From positions 600,001 through 632,000 of the forward strand of contig NZ_CP034549.1 in assembly GCF_003966335.1 (NCBI RefSeq): 32,000 nt of DNA, given 5' to 3'. Of this stretch, positions 27,248 to 32,000 are shown in pieces (position 1 is the stretch's first letter; every line of letters begins with the position of its first letter). Both the position numbers and the translations under genes were made by a program. This DNA comes from Nonlabens ponticola (GTDB taxonomy: Bacteria > Bacteroidota > Bacteroidia > Flavobacteriales > Flavobacteriaceae). The notes below the pieces were generated by a model, which worked only from the letters and a program-made list of their open reading frames with translations, had not been told where the DNA came from and searched no databases.

Positions 27248-27811
27248 CTATGCTGACTGGATACCTTTTAAAAACAGCATCTCTTTCCTGATTTGCACAA
27301 TGATGATGATAGCAATTACAGCGAGAGAAACGATACCACTGATGACGAGATAATTGTAGAATCCTGCAGAAAAGGCTTGTTTAAAGTAAGGGAACAGCTG
27401 GATAAGGCCAAAAACATAGATGCCGAAACAAAGCGGCGTGATCACATAATGGATAGTTTTGCGACCACGATAGTAGCCCTGCAGATATTTTACATAGCTT
27501 TTTGCGTTCAGAGATACAGCCTTTGATAATTTTTTTTGTTTTGAGATTAGCTCGATGATTACTCTTATGGCTAGCGACCCGATCATAAGACATAAACCAG
27601 TAGCAAACCAGTTCCACTGTGTTGGAAAATAGGCTATCGCATAAATGATCAAAATGGTAACCGTCGTGACCATGACGATGACTCCTATTTTTTGTTTACG
27701 TTCTACTTCCTTGGCTTTTCTTAGAAAGGCGTGAGAGTCATCTATCGAGATAGAGTTAGCCTGGTCATTCCATACTGATTTTAAGTTTTCATTCTTCATC
27801 GTGATAGGCAT
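27248..27811 (-). CDS. Hypothetical 4-TM membrane protein downstream of the ECF sigma factor (candidate anti-sigma or sensor)
   Basis: 187 aa with a cytoplasmic N-terminus of about 45 aa that has no Cys/His zinc motif, then four TM helices. An alternative ATG at 27799 would give an ATGA overlap with the sigma gene stop. Confidence 0.65.
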   Translation of the reverse strand: MPITMKNENLKSVWNDQANSISIDDSHAFLRKAKEVERKQKIGVIVMVTTVTILIIYAIAYFPTQWNWFATGLCLMIGSLAIRVIIELISKQKKLSKAVSLNAKSYVKYLQGYYRGRKTIHYVITPLCFGIYVFGLIQLFPYFKQAFSAGFYNYLVISGIVSLAVIAIIIIVQIRKEMLFLKGIQSA

Positions 27812-28275
27812 TTAAGTAGTTGTTCTTTTATTCTAGATATGCGCGTCCTAATAGATCCGTGAGAATAACCTAGTGTCGCAGCAATTTCTTGCTGTGGTAT
27901 CTCTTCAAGTTCCATGAGCACGACAGTCTTGTTGATGGGTTTTAGTTTGTCAATACATTGATATAGGCGTTTGATATCTGGCTCATCTTCAGTATCGGTA
28001 GTTTCATTTTTCAATGAAACAACATGTTTTTCCTGCAGCTTGACGGGTCTCTTTTTCTTTAAGTATCCCAGGCAACAATTCACGGCGATGCAGTAAACCC
28101 AAGTATCAATGCTTGATTGCTGCTTGAAAGATTTTCTGTATTTCCAGGCATTGATAAATGTTTGCTGTATAAGATCGCTGGCCACGTCTTGATCTCCATA
28201 CACGTATCCTAGACAAAGTCGCGAGACTTTAGGCTGCAGCCGTTCATACATTTGTGTGAATTCTTTTTCGGTCAC
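27796..28275 (-). CDS. ECF-type RNA polymerase sigma-70 family factor
   Basis: 159 aa. Region 2 (DLIQQTFINAWKYRKSF) and the region 4 HTH (QQEIAATLGYSHGSIRTRISRIKEQL) are present. It has a GTG start 3 nt after the hydrolase stop. Confidence 0.85.
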   Translation of the reverse strand: MTEKEFTQMYERLQPKVSRLCLGYVYGDQDVASDLIQQTFINAWKYRKSFKQQSSIDTWVYCIAVNCCLGYLKKKRPVKLQEKHVVSLKNETTDTEDEPDIKRLYQCIDKLKPINKTVVLMELEEIPQQEIAATLGYSHGSIRTRISRIKEQLLKCLSR

Positions 28276-28278
28276 AAT

Positions 28279-29127
28279 CTATTTGCTTACTAATTCAACG
28301 ATTTGCAGCAAGAACCATTCAGGTTGATCCATCATGATGAAATGAGCACTGTCAGCAGCCAGTACAAGATCGTATTCACTCAGGTTATCAAATTGACTCT
28401 TTATGGTGCTTTTGACTGCTGCTTCACCATAAGGCATAGTCGCTGCTATAATGGTCACAGGTGTTTTAATTTCTGATAAATAAGGTCGTGCATCAAGTTT
28501 GAGATAGTCTGTATAGCCATAAACAAATGTTTTCCTGTCGGTGGTTTGCATCCATTTGATGAGATCGCTTTTTCCTGCATCGCTGGTGGTCATATTTGTG
28601 GCCATGCCTGTGATCGTTGAGGCAAATACTCCATCATCCATCTCCAGCATTTGCTGATTATAAGCGCTGTCATATTTCATAAGCTCAGGATCAAAATTAG
28701 GCATCATGAGCGCTCCTGTTGCTGGTAAGGCGTCCACTAAAATTAATTGCTTTATATCAAATTCTTTGTTGGTAGCCAGGCGCATACTTATAGTACCGCC
28801 TAAACTATGTCCAATAAGTGTTAGGTTTTTGAGATTCTTGTTCTCAATATAATCTTGGATGGACTCAATGACTTTGGGCAACCAAGGAAATTCAATGGAA
28901 TCCTGACCAGCAAAACCTGCGTAATTCACCACATGGCACTCTTTGGTTTTAGAAAGTTTATCAACGGTATCTTTCCAGACTGCATCTCCGTCAGTAGCAA
29001 AACCAGCGAGAAATAGTATAGGCTCACCAGAACCTGTAACGCTAACTTTGATAGCATTGTCAGCATTTTGTGCAGTGATGGTCGCGGCTGTAAAGGTCAA
29101 AAGAATTAAACTCAGTAAAGTCTTCAT
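28279..29127 (-). CDS. Secreted alpha/beta-fold hydrolase
   Basis: 282 aa. It has the signal peptide MKTLLSLILLTFTAATITAQ, the nucleophile elbow GHSLGG, and C-terminal Asp/His candidates (DSAHF). Confidence 0.8.
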   Translation of the reverse strand: MKTLLSLILLTFTAATITAQNADNAIKVSVTGSGEPILFLAGFATDGDAVWKDTVDKLSKTKECHVVNYAGFAGQDSIEFPWLPKVIESIQDYIENKNLKNLTLIGHSLGGTISMRLATNKEFDIKQLILVDALPATGALMMPNFDPELMKYDSAYNQQMLEMDDGVFASTITGMATNMTTSDAGKSDLIKWMQTTDRKTFVYGYTDYLKLDARPYLSEIKTPVTIIAATMPYGEAAVKSTIKSQFDNLSEYDLVLAADSAHFIMMDQPEWFLLQIVELVSK

Positions 29128-29235
29128 GATGTAGTGTTTTGATTTCGCCTTTTAGATAGACGACTTTCAAAATGTTACAGAAAATTTTTAATGAGGCGCT
29201 CAGTGACTTGATAGAGTCAGAATTATGTTCGCATA

Positions 29236-29261
29236 TTCCGCTTTCGCAAAAGCGTGATTAA
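29236..29261. repeat. Degenerate, inverted-orientation copy of the palindromic element (about 20/26)
   Basis: TTCCGCTTTCGCAAAAGCGTGATTAA; the core cgcttt-cgca-aaagcg can still form a hairpin. Confidence 0.6.
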
Positions 29262-29413
29262 ATCAATCTTTTATTATCTGTACAGCAGAATTAGCGACTT
29301 TAGTGTCAATAATTTTATCTTGTAATAGGTCAATAAGGAATTTTGTATTCTGTCAAACTTCTAAATAGTTGACATTTCATCTGAGAATATGATATAGTTA
29401 GCTATAAAGAGCG

Positions 29414-29450
29414 CAAAACAAAAAACCCTCTAGAATATCTAGAGGGTTTT
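29414..29450 (-). terminator. Rho-independent terminator after atpG
   Basis: 13-bp stem aaaaccctctaga / tctagagggtttt with a 3-nt loop. On the minus strand it is followed by TTGTTTTG. A second small hairpin (gctgaa/ttcagc) lies at 29491-29507. Confidence 0.8.
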
Positions 29451-29520
29451 GTTAGTTTATCTAATCAGGCTTAAACTACTGATGATGAGATGCTGAAATG
29501 AATTCAGCACGACACTCAGG

Positions 29521-30393
29521 TTAATTATTCAGAGCTTCAGCACCACCTACGATCTCGAGGATCTCGTTAGTAATCGCTGCTTGACGTGCTTTGTTGTAAG
29601 TCAATTTCAATTGGTCACGTAATTCTGTAGCGTTGTCTGTGGCCTTGTGCATGGCTGTCATACGAGCACCGTGCTCACTAGCCCATGAATCACGCACACC
29701 TTTGTATAATTGCATTTTAAGCGACTTAGGTATCAATTGCTCAATGATCTCTTCTTTAGAAGGCTCATAGATGTACTCTACAGCATTCGCTGGCTCCACG
29801 TCTTCTTCTTGTGCAAGGGGCTTGAGCGGCAAGAAGTCTTCGGTCATCACTACTTGAGTAGCGGCATTCTTAAAACTATTGTAAACGATCACGATTTTGT
29901 CAAAATCACCGTTAACGAATAGTTCCATCAATTCTTCTGCGATGACAGCTACATTCTCAAAAGAGATATTATCAAAAAGATCACTATGGTTTGAAGTAAC
30001 GTCAGACCCTTTCTTAGCAAAATCATTTGCTTTTTTACCTATGGTCATGTAGGATACGGCAACACCATTAAGCTCCTCTTGATTAAGGCGTATCAACTCT
30101 TTAATAATATTTGAGTTAAATGCACCAGCAAGACCACGGTTCGAGGAAATGGCAACAACAAGCGCCTTGTTTACCTCGCGCTGCTCTGCATACTTCGATC
30201 CAGCATCACCTTCCATGGAAGCACTTACGTTCTGTAAAAGCTCAGTAAGTTTATCAGAATACGGTCGCATCGCAGTGATCGCATCTTGCGCTTTCTTCAG
30301 CTTTGCAGCACTCACCATCTTCATTGCAGATGTGATCTGCATCGTTGATGATACTGAGGTAATTCTGTTACGTATTTCCTTAAGATTAGCCAT
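29521..30393 (-). CDS. atpG: F0F1 ATP synthase subunit gamma
   Basis: 290 aa. It has the N-terminus MANLKEIRNRITSVSSTMQITSAMKMVSAAKL and the C-terminus ITNEILEIVGGAEAL. Confidence 0.95.
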   Translation of the reverse strand: MANLKEIRNRITSVSSTMQITSAMKMVSAAKLKKAQDAITAMRPYSDKLTELLQNVSASMEGDAGSKYAEQREVNKALVVAISSNRGLAGAFNSNIIKELIRLNQEELNGVAVSYMTIGKKANDFAKKGSDVTSNHSDLFDNISFENVAVIAEELMELFVNGDFDKIVIVYNSFKNAATQVVMTEDFLPLKPLAQEEDVEPANAVEYIYEPSKEEIIEQLIPKSLKMQLYKGVRDSWASEHGARMTAMHKATDNATELRDQLKLTYNKARQAAITNEILEIVGGAEALNN

Positions 30394-30413
30394 TTTATTG
30401 TGATTAGAGTATG

Positions 30414-30447
30414 GAGCATAGAATATAGAAGTCCATATTCTATGCTC
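30414..30447 (-). promoter_or_regulatory. Intercistronic stem-loop between atpA and atpG
   Basis: Perfect 13-bp stem gagcatagaatat / atattctatgctc with an 8-nt loop and no T-run on the transcribed strand. Confidence 0.6.
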
Positions 30448-30461
30448 TAAAATCTATTTTC

Positions 30462-32000
30462 TTAATACCTACTAGAAAGATCCTTAGCAACTGATGTCAA
30501 AGTATCTATAACTTCATCAGTTAGTTTTCCAGCTTTGAGAGTATCTAAAGCACCTCTATGCTTTGCATCCAGTAATTCAAGGTAGTCTCTTTCAAATTCT
30601 TTTACCTTATCAATCGGCACGTTGCGTAATAGATTCTTTGAACCAGCATAGATAATCGCTACTTGATTTTCTACTGGGTAAGGGTTGTTTTGTGCTTGTT
30701 TCAAGATCTCCACATTGCGACGACCTTTCTCAATAACGCCTAAAGTCGCAGCATCTAGATCAGATCCAAATTTTGCGAAAGCTTCCAGTTCACGGAATGC
30801 CGCCTGGTCAAGCTTTAGCGTACCAGATACTTTCTTCATCGACTTGATCTGTGCAGATCCACCTACACGAGATACTGATATACCAACATTAATAGCTGGA
30901 CGTACACCAGAGTTAAACAAGTCACCGTCTAGGAATATCTGTCCGTCAGTAATCGAGATTACATTTGTTGGGATATAAGCGGATACGTCACCAGCCTGTG
31001 TCTCAATAATAGGCAATGCCGTTAAGGAACCACCACCTTTAACGATAGGTTTCAAACTATCTGGTAAGTCGTTCATCTCCTTAGCGATTTCATCATCCGC
31101 AATCACCTTTGCTGCGCGCTCTAATAATCTTGAGTGTAGATAGAAAACGTCACCTGGATACGCCTCGCGTCCTGGTGGACGACGTAGCAATAGGGACACC
31201 TCACGGTAAGCAACCGCTTGCTTAGACAAATCATCATAAACGATCAATGCTGGACGACCCGTATCACGGAAGTACTCACCAATCGCTGCACCAGCAAACG
31301 GTGCATAAACCTGCATAGGTGCAGGATCAGATGCGTTTGCAGCAACGATAGTTGTATAAGCTAGAGCACCAGCTTCTTCCAGCACCTTAGCGATGTTTGC
31401 AACAGTTGACGCCTTTTGTCCTATGGCAACATAGATACAGTAAACAGGCTCACCTGCGTCATAAAATTCTTTTTGATTGATAATAGTATCAATACACACG
31501 GTAGACTTACCAGTCTGACGGTCACCGATTACAAGCTCACGCTGTCCACGACCTACAGGAATCATTGCGTCAATCGCCTTGATACCTGTTTGCATTGGCT
31601 CATTTACTGGTTGACGGAAGATTACACCTGGCGCTTTACGCTCCAGCGGCATCTCATACAAGTCACCTTCAATCGCACCTTTACCATCAATAGGTTCTCC
31701 TAGCGTGTTAACTACACGTCCTACGATACCTTCACCTACTTTGAGAGATGCAATACGCTGCGTGCGCTTCACCGTATCACCTTCTTTGATCTCAATTGAG
31801 GATCCTAGAAGTACCACACCTACATTATCTTCTTCAAGGTTCAATACGATACCTTCCATACCACTCTCAAAAGAAACAAGTTCTCCATATTGTGCGTTAG
31901 AAAGACCATAAACACGTGCGATACCATCACCTACGGTAAGAACGGTTCCCACTTCATCAAGCGATGCGGTCGCATCAAAACCTGATAGTTGTTGCTTAAG
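30462..32000 (-). CDS. atpA: F0F1 ATP synthase subunit alpha (5-prime end beyond the window)
   Basis: Walker A is GDRQTGKS, and the sequence is F1-alpha-like throughout. The frame stays open to base 32000 ([21 protein letters not shown]...), and the apparent start at 31952 is an internal GTG. Confidence 0.95.
   Translation of the reverse strand, partial: LKQQLSGFDATASLDEVGTVLTVGDGIARVYGLSNAQYGELVSFESGMEGIVLNLEEDNVGVVLLGSSIEIKEGDTVKRTQRIASLKVGEGIVGRVVNTLGEPIDGKGAIEGDLYEMPLERKAPGVIFRQPVNEPMQTGIKAIDAMIPVGRGQRELVIGDRQTGKSTVCIDTIINQKEFYDAGEPVYCIYVAIGQKASTVANIAKVLEEAGALAYTTIVAANASDPAPMQVYAPFAGAAIGEYFRDTGRPALIVYDDLSKQAVAYREVSLLLRRPPGREAYPGDVFYLHSRLLERAAKVIADDEIAKEMNDLPDSLKPIVKGGGSLTALPIIETQAGDVSAYIPTNVISITDGQIFLDGDLFNSGVRPAINVGISVSRVGGSAQIKSMKKVSGTLKLDQAAFRELEAFAKFGSDLDAATLGVIEKGRRNVEILKQAQNNPYPVENQVAIIYAGSKNLLRNVPIDKVKEFERDYLELLDAKHRGALDTLKAGKLTDEVIDTLTSVAKDLSSRY

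Noticed and set aside
29128-29235. An ECF-type promoter (GTAAC ... CGTC) upstream of the hydrolase-sigma operon.
   Set aside because: The spacing between the AAC and CGT motifs is only about 11 nt, against the roughly 16-17 nt typical of ECF promoters, so the match is not convincing.
29414-29520. The atp operon terminates after atpG without atpD or atpC.
   Set aside because: To my knowledge a split arrangement, with beta and epsilon encoded elsewhere, is common in Bacteroidota. A strong terminator follows atpG, so this is probably ordinary for the lineage.
30771-30786. A partial match to the palindrome core (tttgcgaaagcttc) inside atpA, encoding EAFAKFGS.
   Set aside because: Only about 10 nt match and the palindrome is not complete. 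The peptide belongs to the conserved F1-alpha (E)AFAxFGSDLD segment found in many bacteria, so it is native sequence and not an element copy.
1-32000. A search by eye for CRISPR arrays, tRNA or rRNA genes, IS elements, integrases, toxin-antitoxin pairs and known defence genes.
   Set aside because: I saw no regularly spaced direct repeats, no tRNA-like T-arm or acceptor signatures in the intergenic gaps (all 393 nt or shorter), and no transposase, integrase or nuclease-like ORFs. A tRNAscan, Infernal or defence-finder run would be needed to be certain.

Overview
The window reads as a chromosomal segment of a Flavobacteriia (Bacteroidota) genome. Supporting evidence: it is AT-rich (about 40% GC by eye, not computed), has a T9SS C-terminal sorting domain, a TonB-dependent receptor with a carboxypeptidase-regulatory-like N-domain, lipoprotein signal peptides, TAnnTTTG-type -7 boxes, and an atp operon that ends after atpG.

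Coding density is high and most genes are housekeeping:
- SulP anion permease, MBL-fold hydrolase, S8 lipoprotein peptidase
- ribE, pdxA
- yceD-rpmF, then fabH-accB-accC
- TonB-dependent receptor with an orphan ABC ATPase
- S9A prolyl oligopeptidase with a BNR/T9SS protein
- asd, mscL, alr-tdk, atpG and atpA (5-prime end off the window)

I found no rRNA, tRNA, CRISPR array, transposase, integrase or phage gene.

The least ordinary stretch is 22.5-29.1 kb. It holds an acidic protein with three approximately 65-aa repeats, a DoxX-like protein, an ABC ATPase with a Gln in place of the switch His that is tightly coupled to a predicted 8-TM protein of unknown family, and a secreted alpha/beta hydrolase - ECF sigma - 4-TM protein operon.

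The most unusual signal I can support directly is a dispersed 26-bp palindromic element (archetype GGGATTACGCTTTCGCGAAAGCGTAA), present 8 times in 32 kb:
- Five copies are intergenic, and four of these lie 13-35 nt after a stop codon. One of the five carries a nested 20-bp palindromic insertion.
- Three copies sit in frame inside intact genes (MBL hydrolase, BNR/T9SS protein, alanine racemase). Each encodes AFAKA, and each has the element's in-frame TAA neutralised.

No recognisable defence or mobile system is present. Function claims for the uncharacterised genes are inference only.
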